Numbered from the stretch's first letter, positions 22,731 through 38,800 are shown. The stretch is DNA of 64,000 nucleotides from Schmidtea polychroa (GCA_044892525.1 CM097885.1:264120001-264184000); one strand, 5' to 3'. A program made the numbers and translations. The notes: generated by a model from the letters alone, not told the origin.

Positions 22731-23913
22731 TCAATCATGTATCAAATAATTACATGAATGTGCAAGGTTGTTTGAAATTCAACTTCTGAAAATTTGAAGA
22801 GTTTTGAGCACTCGATGGCTGGCATAATGCTTTCACTCCGTTTCTGCTGTGTGAGAAATTTTTTTTAGGTTAGTTTGACACTTTAAAGAACAAAAATGAT
22901 CTTACAAGAGATAAGAAAGATCGTTACATGTACATCAATCAAATTTATTTTGGAATTGGGATTGATTTGTGATGCTCTTCAGGTCTGAATTAAGTCTAGA
23001 GCTGCAAAATTGAAATATAAATCTTTACCAGGCGGATGTAAGATTAAGTCGCTCGTCCAAATTTTCGAAGAAAGACGTATCCCAGGAATATATTACAAAC
23101 ATGCAGTCATAGCCAGTAATATTTTAACCTTTGAGAGGATTGAGCTACACAAAAGTAACAAGAAAGCATTCATTCATATTAATTATAGGGAATAACATAA
23201 CATAAAAGCTAATCAAATATCCCAATGTAATTACACCACAACACCAGAAACTTAATTACATTTTAAAACGAAATTTGACATCAATTTATGTGAATAATTT
23301 TGGAAAATCGGAATATCTGTAGATTTCTAGTAAATTAAGCAAATAGTTTTTGATTTTTAAGTTCTTGGTAACTATGAAGAAGTTAAAAGATTCTTAAGGA
23401 TTAATTAGAAATTTGGGAAAAAATTTAAATATATTTTTATTGAAAAATATTTTAAAAAGAAGAAATTTATCAATTTTAAAAAATATTTTTATCAAAGAAA
23501 TATTTTAAGAAAATCTGAAATTTGTTTAAATAACAAAAATAAGATCAGACAAGTTTTTTGAGATATCTTTTATTAAATAAAATTTATGGAATTATTTAGT
23601 GATTTAAAAACGGATGAGAATCCTAATAGTAACTCAACAGATAGAGAGAAGAAATAATAAATTTACTATAAGAATCAGGTGTCTTTAGGAGATGTTATTA
23701 TAGTGCGAACTTTCTATCGCGTCTGAAAATGAAAACTTACGCCTAACTGGCCTATACTTCTCTTACCTGTGGTAATTTTGAAAAGAGGACAATTTGGTTA
23801 ATGACTAAAGCTAAATGGTCTATACTTATACATAATTTGAAAGAATGAAAATAATTTAAATAAGTAAAGATTATGTTATACACAAAATACACACAAAATT
23901 GTTCTTATAAATT

Positions 23914-24920
23914 TGTTGAGGATACCTAAATAGTAAATAATACTATAAATAATTTCAATAGCTTGTGGAAAAACCGATAGGATGATTTTGATAACATTCT
24001 AAAACTCGGAGAAGAAAATATAATGGAAAAATTGAAAAATAAAGAAAGAATAACAAAAAAAAATTCAACAATAAAGCGGGGAAAGGTCATTTATAATTAA
24101 TAAATGCAAGAAAACAAAATGGAATGCCAAAGTTGGAAAACAAAAACAAAACATGAAAATAAAATCTATATTTCTGAACTTTCAAAAGTAACGTGTAAAC
24201 TAGAGAAAAGTTTGGAAAAGGCCAAAAGCAGATATGGAAAGAAATGAAAAATTATCCCGAATTGTTAGGGATAACACGAGAGTTGAAAAAGAAAATGAAA
24301 ATTTCCAGAGACAGGAATGGGAAAAACTATTTATCGCGAGTGCCGGACGATGGCGAACTATAATACCGAAAGTTATCTTAATTAAATCAGAAGTGTAGTT
24401 GTGTTAAAATTGGAATAGGAAAGTTACACGATATTTGAAAATTAAAGTGGGGAATTCGAATTGTAATTGAAACTTGTTGAAGGCAGTAGAAGATTTAAAT
24501 TGAATAATTAAAGTGATATTATGGAGAACCGATATCGATATAATTTACTTGAACGGTGTGACGAAATTTTAATTGAAATAAAAAAAGTAGAATATATCTA
24601 ATAAAGTCAAGTCAAAGCAGAAGGATAATCGAAACCGATTTACTTAATCGTTGAGCGAAATCAGAAGGTAGTGATTATTATAGTATTTGAGAATCATACA
24701 CTGAAAGCTTTTCCTCGCGTAGTGTTGTAAGAAGCTCCGTATAGTTGCCTACTAGTGTTGAGTAGATCGCGTTATTTTAATTCGTGTAATCAACTGTGAT
24801 AATCAATAAAAGTTTATATTATCTGAGAATTGTTATTTTGTGGATCAAATACAGCAAGCTTTGGAGTCAGAGATTTGATTGGTAACGTTTACATTTCACC
24901 AACAACAAAATAACCCAACA
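23914..24920 (+). mobile_element. Solo LTR (~1.0 kb)
   Basis: TGTTGAGGATAC...ATAACCCAACA; flanks aatt/aact (3/4 TSD); both ends homologous to 41616-42569. Confidence 0.7.
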
Positions 24921-25378
24921 AACTTTGATCGTTTCTAAATTTTTCTTAGTAAGAATCTTCAAAATTTCTTTATACAAAATTTGAACCGGCTTTGAAATAA
25001 TGATTTCAATTAAGTTTCCAATAAAGTATATAAATTTTCCAAAATTTTCTGTTTTTTAATAATACAATAAACGAAAAAAATGTAATGTATTATTATTTAC
25101 TAACAAATAATAAATAAAAAATATGTATGTTTTTAATTTATTTAAAAAAAAATTATATTTTAATCATATTTTCATTTTAGAAAATTATTTTATTTCCAAA
25201 CATTTGCAAACAAATCAAAAAATTTAAATAATTAAATTCTAAATTTTTAAACGTTCTATAATTTGGTTTGTTTAAATTAATTAATTAATATTTATGTAAC
25301 TAAGATAAAATATGTTCTTTTAAAATTGTGATAATAAATATTTTATTTGATATTATTTTCTGATAAATTTTATTATTT

Positions 25379-26747
25379 ATGATAATGTTTAATGGCTCAT
25401 CAGAGAAGGAATTTTCCGAGAAAAATTTTGAAACTAAAGAAGACGTAGAAAGAGTTTATGTCGATTGGCCTGAAATTGATTCCGAGGAATTTCGTTTTAT
25501 TAGCAGCAGACTGGAGGATGGAGACAGAGAGATGACTCCGTTATATCTCCAGCATCATATGCAAGATAATGAATACAAAATATTTGACATAAACCAATTA
25601 AGATTTGGAGATAAATCCACTAGCGGACCTGTGGCCAATGACAGGTTATTAAATTAACCGCACGCATTTTATAATATTATTTTTTGTTTAAATCGAATCA
25701 TTTTCATAAATTTTCGCAATTAAAACAAACTTGTACCCAATTCTGGACATGGACAATAATGAAAGCAATTTTATAAAATGAAAAGAGTAATACTAACTAT
25801 CCCCCCCTAACCCGCCGTCTAAGTAAATAAGCTTTTTAAACTTCTTTGACAATACGGAAACACTTTTTTAAGTTTTAAATGTTGAATTGTATACCAGATA
25901 GGCAAAAGATTACAACAACAAGGGGAGTTAGAATTTCTTTAAAGCCCTTCATAAACATATCCAGGTAATTCGATTTGGTGAGGAGGTTTAGAGAGGTTAA
26001 TTATATATATATCTATATTTATTTTATTTTGTTCGATAGCAATAGATCAATAAATTCATAAGGATAACTGCAAATAAAATTTAGCCAATCAATCTTAGAA
26101 TATTTATTAGACGTGGGAAAATAATATGAAAGTATATTATGAATAATTAGTAAATAATAAATAAATATTATTTAAATATATGAGAAATGATTGCTAATGG
26201 AAGGTTTTGTTTTTTTCATTCGTTTTTGNNNNNNNNNNNNNNNNNNNNNNNNNNNNNNNNNNNNNNNNNNNNNNNNNNNNNNNNNNNNNNNNNNNNNNNN
26301 NNNNNNNNNNNNNNNNNNNNNNNNNNNNNNNNNNNNNNNNNNNNNNNNNNNNNNNNNNNNNNNNNNNNNNNNNNNNNNNNNNNNNNNNNNNNNNNNNNNN
26401 NNNCCTTTTGCTGCAAATAATGTATTTAATGAAAGAATTTTCGACTATAAGATAGTCCTTGGAGATTGACAAGGACTATCTTATAGTCGAAAATTCTTTC
26501 ATTAAATACATTATTTGCAGCAAAAGGCTTAAATTATCATTTTATTGTTTTAAACAATAAATTCTGCTACCAAGCAATCATCATTTTATACTAATAATAA
26601 TAATAATAACAATATTATAAGAACTCTTTTCAAATTTCACCACTGATTTCTTTTCAATCGACATTGTCTTTATTAAAAAGCTTGATTATGAATCAGTAAT
26701 TATATCAAAAAAACATCGATATATTTACTGATTCATAATCAAACTTC

Positions 26748-26810
<63 letters not shown>

Positions 26811-29800
26811 GTTTTATTATTATTTTATTTTTTCATATTATTTTTAATTATTTAGATATGAAGATTTATCAAAAAAGAAAATATCTAAAAAGAAAAAAAA
26901 CTCATCGGTTCCTCCTCTTGATTTAATATCTCAAAACAGTAGTATTGAAATCCCAGGAGCCAAAGGTGTAATTGATATTGACTTGAGATCCAGCTCAGAA
27001 TCACTTTCCGACGATTCCGAAGAATACAAAAATCAGTCATTACAAAATTTCGAACGTGATTCATTGGATGTTGAAAAAATAAATCATTTCAATGAAAATG
27101 AAAGAAATCAAAATTACCCCTTGCTCAACACAACATTGCCAGAAATCCAGCATTCAGATCTCATGTTAAATCCAGGAGAATACGACACTTCCAGATATAA
27201 TCTGCCTACTTCTCACGTTTCAAGAAAGTTTTCAGAAATTAGTGTTGCATCTCAATACAAATCTGGATATTCCGGCACCGATACTCACCATGCCCAAAGA
27301 TTAGAAGTAAAATGATCATTACATTTATATTCCATGGTTAGGGTCAACAGTTCTATCGGAAATTATTTACCACCTTAAGGGACACGAGTTTTTATAATTA
27401 TGTTTTCATAGTAATTTATCTATTCCCCCACCTCACTATCATGTCACACAAGCGTATATATTCAACAAATTTATTAAGTTAGAGTAGAATTTTCAATATG
27501 AGAATATATTCGATATATCCGCTGAAGCATGAATATATACCACACAAATCGTCCTGGGATTGACAACTGTTAGCATATTAGAATGAGAAATTAATTGTAA
27601 ACACGCCTATGCCGGCCCTTAAAATTAAACATTTCTCACTTTATTTCTTCGAGAAACAATTGCGAAAAATTTTAATTTTGATCAATTTTTCTTTCAACTT
27701 ATTTAAAATTGATTAGAAGAATGCTCTAGAGGTTCCCAACTGGTGCTCCCTGAGAATGTTACACTGATATGAAACAAATATGAAACATTGATTATTTTAT
27801 AATGAGTTTTTCTTATTTTATGTTCTTTTTGTTATATATTTTGTTTTATAGCTTTTATACTCTCTCTATATTAACTTTGCTGATGTTTGTATGTTTGTAT
27901 GTGGCACACAAATTATATGAGGCCAAATTAACTTACTTTCGGATTGAGCTGAAATTTGGCAAGTAGATTCGTTATCGAGAACAGTGCATGCTATCTAAAT
28001 TTCAGATTGATCCAATCACGGAAAAGGGGTTAATTTAAAAAATATTGATATTTGAAATCTAATGTTATTTCCTTATTTCAATATAAATTCTTATCTATTC
28101 ATTAACTTCCGATATAATATATGATATATAATATTTTATATATGTTTGAACCTTTTGAACAATTTCCTTATAATATAAATTAAAAGAGTAAAATATAGAG
28201 AGTTTCAAAAACCATGTTTTTTTATGTTTGACTTTTTAATAAATAAAATCAATGATCATACAAGATTTTTTTTTAATCAGATTTTTTATGATTTTTGTGC
28301 CTCACAAATATTTCTTATAATCAAAAGTGATCCGTTATTTCAAAAAGGTTAGAAACAACTGCTTTAAGCAATATATTTCTATTGTAGCCATTATTTTCAT
28401 TTTCCAATTTAAAATTTTTTATACTTTTACTATATTTTAATTTCTGTTTAAATGATCTATAACTTTTATTTCCTCCTTTATGTTGAGTTTTCACTTTAGT
28501 CGTTTGTCTTTGACTATATTCTAAAACCTTGACCTGCTTTTATCTTTTATTTTAATTTTTCTTATTTAACAGAAAAATATATAAAGATGCTTAGAATTAA
28601 TTAATTTTTCCTTGATTTAATTAAATTAATAATTCTTTTAAATTTAAATTAAAGAGATTTTTGATTAAGATTTATAACTTTATTAGAGTGTGTTACAGTT
28701 AGCTGGAGCAAATAGACAGAAAATTTATTATTTTATTTTTACAAATTTTTTCAATAAAAAATATAAATAACACTCGAGAAATTTAGGAGAAATAAAATAA
28801 AACCTTTTGAAATAAAATGAAAAATTAATAAACAAAATTTTTCAACTTTTATATGATTATAATATTGTTCCAAACCTTATTATTGGTTCGCTTGTATTTT
28901 TTTGTTTAAAAACGAATTGATTTAGTGCAGCGTTTCCTACGGTAGGACACGTCAGCAATTATCAACTATTCCACATATATATTTTTATTAATATAATTTG
29001 CTCATTCACAACTAAATATAACAACGTGCATACAGCAATTTCATCGACCGTTATTTTTGCATACTGTCAATACTTATTATCGAAATTTTACAGCTATTTC
29101 AAAAGTGTTGGTGAGTTATAGGACTTCTAAATACTACAGTGGGGTATCGTATAAAGGAGGTCGGGAAACACTGGTCTAGCGTATAAAGAATGCCATGAAG
29201 ATTTGTAATTTTTCTTAACCTTTTCACAACCATAGGAAACTTATTCACGTATCCAATTTTACCAGCTTACGCAAACCAAAATTATTTAAACATAGCACAA
29301 TCCCGAATGTATTTTTGTCAATTTTATTCCCACCAATCCCGTGTAAACGTTACTTGACAAAACAAAAGTCTCTGGAATCATTCTCGTCATAAAATGATTA
29401 AATATTTTTATAAAAAAAACCTAACTGATTCCTACAAACTACTGCAACTGTAAGTAACTTAAGAAGTTGTCCAAATATTTTATTTATGTTAATATGTTAT
29501 TGAATGAAGATATTATTTGAAAAACAATTTCATGTGTTTACATCTATGTTTACGTATTTTCGCAAAACTCTCTCTGCCAAGAATGCATAATAATTTTGTG
29601 AAATGTTTATTTATCTCGAAATTCGGCGAATCTTCATCAAGTTTATTATTTAAAATTCAACTTTATGCTAACATCACTATCATATGTTAATGTCGAATTC
29701 GACCAAATTGTTTTAATTTATCAAGTTTAAAAATATAATAAATCCGTTTATATGAATTTCTCACAGTAAATAATTTTCTCACCAAGTACACATTTATGTC

Positions 29801-32800
29801 ATTTTCATTTCTGAAAGGTTTCTATCAATTCCTGTTCCATTTGAGCCTCAATTTATTTTGAAATAATAATTTTCGGCACTAGATAAATGAAAAAGCGCAG
29901 TGCCGAAAATTAGATAAAATTTGTGAATACCAAAAAAACATCGATATATTTACTGATTCATAGTCAAGCCTTTTAATAAATACAATGTCAATGGAAACGA
30001 AATCAGGGGTGAAATTTGAAAAAANNNNNNNNNNNNNNNNNNNNNNNNNNNNNNNNNNNNNNNNNNNNNNNNNNNNNNNNNNNNNNNNNNNNNNNNNNNN
30101 NNNNNNNNNNNNNNNNNNNNNNNNNNNNNNNNNNNNNNNNNNNNNNNNNNNNNNNNNNNNNNNNNNNNNNNNNNNNNNNNNNNNNNNNNNNNNNNNNNNN
30201 NNNNNNNNNNNNNNNNNNNNNNNNNNNNNNNNNNNNNNNNNNNNNNNNNNNNNNNNNNNNNNNNNNNNNNNNNNNAGAATAAAAATCTATAGTAATTTTG
30301 AAAATAAAAATAATATTAATAAACTATAATTATCATAAATATCATTTTAAGAGTGAAAAGGCCATATTCGAAGCTGCAAAACAGAAATATAAACAAAATG
30401 TCACTAAAATTAGTCATAAGTCTGCAGAATCTCAACAACCAGAATCAGTTTCAGGTATTAATTTTTATTATTTAATCAAAAAAAATACCATAATATTTGA
30501 CTATCATTAATGTTCCTCTAAAGGCGTGACCAAACATAAAATGATCCGATCAGAAAATATTTATATCAATTTAGTTTGAACCGCTTGGAATCATATTTTT
30601 ATTTTAATATACTTTTGAAACTTTAAATGCAAAAACTGTGCTCTTTTTTTGGACATGTATTTCAATTGTTTAATGTCAATAATCTGTAATATTTTATTCT
30701 ACATATTATATAAAGTACTTTTATATAACTAGAAACACGCTTAACGCTAGAAATACCAACACGCCAATATGACCGATTTCACATTTTTTGGCTTAAATTT
30801 ATTTACACCTTAAATGCACATTTCTCTCAAAATTCTCTCCGTGTAATTATTTTCTCCAATTTTCACAAACAGTTTTACATTCCTCACGCACAATTTTAAA
30901 AATATTTATTTCTATAATTATGGAAAAAATTCAAAAACATGATTTTTAGTATTTATATTTTTTAAAATTTTTTAATAAGTTATGTTTATTTGTAAAATTA
31001 TACCTAAAATGTTAAACACAAAAGTAATTTTAATGGCATTGAAACTTCATACAATGTGATACAGTGTAGCAATGCGACTCACAATTTCTGCGAATTTCAA
31101 ACACGTGCTGATTTATATTTGAAATAAATTCAAGTTTTTTTAATTTATTATTTATCCGTGCAGTGTTATTGTATTCTAGGAAAATTGACATACGATTTTG
31201 TTCCCCCCCCCCCCAGCAAGAAAATAATTTTAGAAAAGACATTGAGGTACTTCCGAGTTATTTTACCCCCAAAAATTAAATTATAAAATTCAATTAAAAT
31301 AACAATATAAAAAATGAGAGAATACATTTTTGATGACGTTATTGAACTTAATTGAACATGAATTTATTAAGGCTATCTGTGATTATGTGATTATGTGAGT
31401 TTATGTGGCGCAAACGTGTTCTAAGCAACAGTACCGATGTGTTCGACACTATTCTCAACAGCATTATGGTTTTCTGGCCACCTGGATGACCATTTACAAA
31501 CTCTTTACAAACATTTTCTGAGTTTGTAACTGTGATTTAGAAAATAAATATAATAATTATATGTGTTCTTTTTTAATTTAATTTTTGTGGGTAAGATAAC
31601 ACGGAAGTACCGACATTGATATATGATTGTAAGTATTTATGATGAATAAACTAATTAAAAAGTTTTATTTTCAAATTAAGTACATTAATTTTAATGATAT
31701 GCTTAACGCAGTGGTTCTCAGCCCGTGTTCCGCGAAAAAAATGACATTTTATCTTTAGATTTGCATTTAAGATACATATCATCAAAAACCTCAATTAATT
31801 TTTTTATAAGATGATTCAATAAGAAAGCCGTTACACAGATATATAAACATACAAATATAAAAGTGTTCTTATTGCTTGTTATTGTTGCGCGTGGTATTTT
31901 CTTTGCTTATAAGAATTCATTGTTTACGTTTACGACAGATTTATAGTAATTTGTGATTGGTCACTCACTGTAGGCAAGTATTATATTGTCAGTGTGAAAA
32001 TCTTGTGAATGGTGTTCCGCGCTTTTATATTAATTGAGAACCACTGGCTTAATGTATACTTTAATATGCCAATCAAATGTTTTCCCATTTTTAACAAATA
32101 AGTAAAACTTAATTTTTTCCTAACAGACTAAAATCGAATGTTTGATCGCGACAGTTATACTGTATTTTTGAACCCTTCGAAATCTTTAAACATGTCTTTA
32201 TAATGTTTTTCATTAAACTATTCACTCAAATTTGGTTATAATGTTTTACATTATGCTGAATGTTCTAAACTTTACTTATTATCCTATGGTGACCACTTTT
32301 AACTATTTTTACGTATGTCACACGTTTCTATGTTTCCTTCAATATTTTATCCCCCTGTTTCATAAGATCCTAACCAAATATTAATGATTGTTTCTGTTTG
32401 AATTATGCATTCGGTTCTTGTATCACATAATTAAAAGAAATAAAAGAAAATTATAGTAATTTCAAATTCAGGACCTTCTCCAACTAAAATTCCTAATTCC
32501 AAGCCCACAATGTTAGTGGCACCTCAAATCAAACAACAGCTTTACAATACGGATAAAACTCCCAATTTTGTAGAATTGAACAAAATGTATACATGTCCTC
32601 AAAAGCAATCGAATCAAACATATGCTTCCAAATTTATCGACAGACATCACAAAGAATCTCCGAAACCAGTTTTGAAGAAATCTGAGTCTTTTAAAGATTC
32701 GATTCACTCTCAAAATATGCAAGGCGAAAAAATAAATAGTGAATTCCATCACGAGTTCTTCAGTGAAGAATATCTCAATAAACGAGTTAAATCGGTTGAT

Positions 32801-35800
32801 AGACTTCTGAGAGATAATCGTAACGGAGACAACCACGAGCTGCCTATTATCAACTCCGGTTTCACCGCAAACAGAACATCGGATTCTTCAAAATCAGTAA
32901 ACCCGCCACATATTATATACGCCTATAATCAGTATGGAGAACCTATCATCATTAATACAGAAAAGGTCATTAGTCAGTATCATAACACAAATATTGACCA
33001 TTCTCATTTCTATTCTCCGTATCCTCCTAACCCCCTGCAATATTACCCCTCTCCAAATATCATAAACGATAGTAGGAGCCAGTCAAATTCTCCGCAAATA
33101 AATCATAAAGTCTATGAGAATCAAGTAATAAATTAATATGATTTAATATAAAACTATCTGATTAAATCAGGAGATCAATAGGGCCGCCGAATCTGAATTT
33201 GTATTCAAAGATGCAAATTATAAAAGACAACCCACTTTGTATGATGAAAGTTTGTTAACGAAGAAATTCAAGGAAATAACAACTGAAAGAAGTGGATCAA
33301 GATTCCCACCGATTCCCAATACCAGTGACTCGACACAAACCCAGGTAAATATTCTTTACCCTTTCTGTCTTTCACTGGTTTTAATGGCTTTATAGCATAA
33401 CTGAATATTAGAGTTGATTGAAAATATGCTTTTAAAAAGCCCTCCATCATATAATATTTATATAGATTTCGATAAGGCCCGTCTAACTGCTCACTACAAT
33501 ATTTCGGTACAAAAAATGTTTAAAAAAGACATTGAACTTGGAAAAAGTTGTTTATTGCTATCAGATCTTGGAAACCTGCTAAATAATTTGTTAACAAACT
33601 ATAATAAAAATTTTTTAAAAAACTCCCATTTACACAAATGCAATTTCAATTGGCACAATTGAGAGTTGTGAACTTAACGTGCTTCCCACTTTTCCTATAA
33701 TCCGGATTTGGCTTCATCGGGCTTGTTTAATCACCTCAAAACATCGATACAAGGCCAGCAGCTTGTCACAAAAAACGATTTGAAGGATGTACTGACGCAT
33801 TTTATGGGGGAAAAGTTTAGAAATAATGTCGATAGAAATTGAAATTATTTTGAGAAATTTAAACATTTAAAATCAAATTTTATTGTCTTTATGGACATTG
33901 TTTTTATTAACATAAGCCCCGACAACATTAAAATCTTTGAACTCAAAATTCTTCTTTATTTTGTCATAAACCTTTATTCTTTATTAAAAAATACAAATTT
34001 ATCTGTTCATCTTATATTTTCTTTTCTGTTCTTATTTCAATTATTCTTTTCGTGGTTATTTACTTATTGTAAATACGATATATGTTTGCATTCATTTATT
34101 TGTTGCTATACGAGTCTCACTACTTATTGAGCGCACCACATAAGTTTATTATTGCTTTTGAGAGAATTACCTCATGTATTACAATTCCAATAATCCAACA
34201 TATATTTTAAATTAATAATCAAATAAATACAATGAAACAATTTAATTATAAGAAAGAAAGACCCAGTGCAAAGGGAAGACTACAGAAAAACAATTGATGC
34301 TGGTCTCTATAATTCTTTTGAAAGTTTCTGTGAATTCAAGTTTAAGAAAAATATAGCGAAGGGATTGATTTATCGCTAATCTTCTACTTTTAAAAATTTA
34401 GTCAAATGTGTTAATAAATTGGTTGAGCTATTGGTGAAGAATGGCTATTAAAATTCATTTTTATTAATAATGATAAAGAGACTTGATAAATTTATTAAAT
34501 TTCTTAGAGAATAAATGGGCCTAATTTGAGTGGTATGGATGACTTGAATAGTGAGGTAAATAATTGTAATAGTGAGTGTAAGGATGATGAACCTAAACAT
34601 GTGCTGTTATTGCCAAACTCGGAAGGTTTTACAGATTATAAAGGAAATACACGCATGTAGTTAGGAAATTTAAATTAATTTAATATTTGATTTAAGTAAA
34701 AAACTTCGATTGAATTATTTTCTGATCTCATTTATCAATTTGCATTTCATGGCTATAATGCTACATACATTGGAGAGACTTCCCGTCATCTTTATATTCG
34801 AGCTCGTGAACATTATTGACTGAAGGGAATGATCAATATTAGCGAACATAATAAAGGCTGTATAGGAAAACAGACATGCCTAATTTAAAATTTTTTAATA
34901 ATTATTGTGAACGCGTAGTTTGTAAAATCTTCATTGGATTCAAAAATTAATGTGAAAAATACTGTGAATACTTGTGTTTTGAATGTTTTTAAATAGTTTT
35001 TGTTGTAAATTATGGTTATGTAATTTTGTTGTTGTTTTCAAATGTAATAAACTTTAATGTTAAATAATTTTTTAAATATTTAATTAAAAAAAAATTAATT
35101 AAATTAGTTTATAAAATCTATATAATATCCATAGTTGTGTTAATAATAATGACTTAATAATGACAGAAAAACTATCGAAATATATTGTCAAAGAGGTTTC
35201 CAGTGGCGCTTTCTTATAATAATTTAAATATTTATTATTATTATTATTAAATTTCAGACTACTGGATATGCATCTCATCATAAAAAGAAGGAAATAAGTT
35301 ATGAACAATACACATTGAGAGATTTCAAGAATATCAAACAAGTGGAGAGAGGAAGTGGACTGGGGCCAAACATTGGGTCAGATTCGTATAAGCAATTGGT
35401 AATACATTTCCAAATAATATTATTTATGTTAATTATTATGTTTGTAGAAGGAAAAGTTAATTAGACAAAAGAATTATTCTAAAGCAGTCCTTGAAAAGAA
35501 TCGTCAAGAATTGATCAAGACAAACGAAAAGACCTCTAGAGAAAAACCGATCAAATCAAACACATCAGAAAACATGTCATTTCAGAATGTTCAGGATGTG
35601 TACGTTGCAACGAGGGATAATGATAAGTTAGAAGCTGAAGTTCAGAAACCGGTTAGAGAAACTAGTAACGAACATGTCAACAGTCAACACAACGAAAGCA
35701 AACCAAGCAATATCCAAAATATTGGGTCAGCATCATCTAAAGAACAAACAAATAAAAGAGACGCGGTAAGAATTTCAGATTTAAAAAGCAATTCTCGAAT

Positions 35801-38800
35801 TATTTTATTATTCTATAACTAAATATGACAATGTCAACTTTTAAATTTCACAAAATTATTGTTTTTGAAAAGACATTTCCACCTCAAATTTTCCTATAAT
35901 CAAAATTGGCATTTTTACGGATTTCCGATTTTAACATTAAAATTTACAAATCCATATTTCAAAATGTATAGAAAATTAATTTTCTATTAGATAATAATAG
36001 ATCAATAAATTTTTTGAGGATAACCACTATCAATTAATAATCTTCTGCTTATATTTACTGTAGGAACATAAAAATAATTGGTACAATATATTTATTGAAT
36101 TCCACATCTTTGTACCAAGTGTATCTGGTATTTGCGAATATAAGAATTGCATTACATTTCATTGAATATGACTCTCCTGATTTCGGGTTGTTTGGACATT
36201 TAATTGTGATGTTGCAGTCTCCATTTTCCGAGCGTAATTGATGATTTGAACTTGATAGGTTGATTCACCAATTTTTCCAATTCGAGAGTTTTGAGCACAA
36301 TTTGATGGATTAAAAAAATGGAGATGTTCGGAAGAAGTCTTCTGCATATAAAAATAATGTATTTTAATTAATTTAATTTAATAATTTATTTGCAATTTAA
36401 TTATTAAATTGATATATTAATTAATTTGAAAGTCAGAGGCACTACATTTACTAAACTAAACATAGATATAGAAATATAATAAAGATATCCCTAGTAAAAT
36501 TTGTCAAATAAATTCCCATATGCATTCGTGAGGCTTTGTCAGTAAAATATTATATACAAAAAGAATTAATTAAGACTTAAATTTATTAGTAAATTGGTAG
36601 CGGTTAAGTATTGGGGGGGGGGGGTTGTTATAATAAATTTATTTGCCATTCAAATTGACATTAAAATTGAAATTTTTGCGAAATTATTCCTGTTTAGCAT
36701 CTAAATATCCTGGAATAGTTACAGGGTTGCCACATGTTGAAAGGCCCAAAGTAGGACAAATCAATAGCCTGCTACAGTAGTACGTAAGACAAATATCCAA
36801 ATTGTAGGACTGTCCTACCGTAAGTAGGACGTATGGCAACTCTAAATAGTAGCCATGTACACAAATGCTTTAGGTCTAATTCTTTTTGCAAATTTAGCTT
36901 TTCTTAATTTACAATGAATTCTCACAAATGAGAATTCAGTCAGAGGCGTCACTGGGTTTTCAGCGCCCTTGATAAATTTCAATTTTGCAAATTTTCAATC
37001 GTTACAAAAAAATAATTGAATTTCTCTTATTCGTGAAAATAATTACATAATAGGCATACATGAATATCAAAACCAAAAAGACAGAAAATACTAAATAATC
37101 AAAATATATTGAAGGATACTTTTGCGTTAGTACACCACTATTTGATCTACTATAAACAATAATGGCAATGTGTCATATTCATACATAAAAATAGAAACAT
37201 ACAATTAAAAGTTATTTAAGTAATAATAAATCCGGAACAATCATAGCTCTATATCAAAAGTTCAAAGCTTAACTTTTCTTGTTTGAATGTATGTAGAAGT
37301 AGTGATTATTTCATCGACGTTTTCTTGACTGGTAAGTGAATGTTCAATGCGCGTTGTAGAGACATACAACTAAATCGAATAAAGATTTTATTCAAAAAGA
37401 CATTGAAATAACTAATGGAGATATCAGCTCCAGTAGTCAATGTTCCAACGAAAGCACGGACACTTGATCTGGCGATTGTACAGAGATTGTTGATGATCTT
37501 GAATTTTAGCATGTAGACTCCATTATCGTATGATGCGAAAGTATTTGGATCTTTGCCTGGAAAACTTTGTCTTATATTGCTCTAGTTGCTCATATACGGT
37601 ATTTACAACAATTGCTTTTGAATACTATCTTGTGTCTGTATGTTTCTTCAGGTTGATTTCAGTGACTGAGGATAATAAAATGTCACAACATTTGCATCAA
37701 TGCAGACCTTGTCCACACCTATCAAATTAAGAATATGTTCACAACATGTACTATACCGAGTAAGTGGATTCTCTTTATGAGGTACGGATTGAGCTCTCTT
37801 ATACTTCCCTGACATGTTTGCCCAATTATCTTAGCCTTGATCACGCACATTTTCAAGTGATAAACCATTTTAAATTAATGCTGCTTTAATTTCTAAGACA
37901 ATTCCTTCTCCAGTTTTTTCTGTTGTGTTTATGAAACCAAGGAACCTCTCTTCAATTGTATATTTATTATCTGACAATTTCACATACCGAATAATTTCGG
38001 TTAATTGGTTTTTGTGTGATACTTCCGTAGTTCTATCGAATATTATACTATAATATTTAGCTCAGTGGTTCTCAATTAATATAAAAGCGCGGAACAACAT
38101 TCACATGATTTTTTTATGCGGAACACTGACAAAAAATACTTGCCCACAATGAGTGACCAATCACAAATTACTATAAATCTGTCGTAAACGTAAACAATGC
38201 CTCCTTATAAGCAAAGAAAATACCACGCGCAACAATAACAAGCAATAAAAACACTTTTATATTTGTATGTTTATATATCTGTGTAACGGCTTTCTTATTG
38301 AATCATCTTATAAAAAAATTAATTGAGGTTTTTGATGATATTTATCTTAAATGCAAATTTATAGATAAAATGTCATTTTTTCGCGGAACACTGATGTTGT
38401 CAGTAAAATATTATATAAAATATTATATACACCATCTTGTTCATGTCCATGAAAAGCCAAATTGTTTTCAGCACAAAACAATATACATTTTTCATATTGC
38501 AATCAGGGGCGGATATTCCTATAGGTTATCTAGGCTTCACTTTAGGGCGTCAAGATCAAGACGGGCTTATATTCAAATTGTTAGCAAAATTGAAATAGCA
38601 CTATTCTAAACGGTGAACACTGAAACACTGGACCGAAAATAATGAGAAATTCAACGCATTCAGCTCATTGATATCTCCAATTTAGTTCGGTAATATGAAA
38701 CACGTGTTAATAAGGCGTCATGAGAGGAATAGCCTAGGGCCTCTCTTCATCTAAATCCAGCCCTGATCTGGCAATGCTGCTCATTATACAAATAAATTAA

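Noticed and set aside
27890-28060. Possible Helitron/Helentron-type non-autonomous fragment (gtttgtat repeat, ctgaaatttggc)
   Set aside because: No termini or hairpin could be defined.
38504-38765. Possible hAT MITE (CAGGGGCGGAT...ATCCAGCCCTG)
   Set aside because: The TIR is imperfect and there is no TSD.
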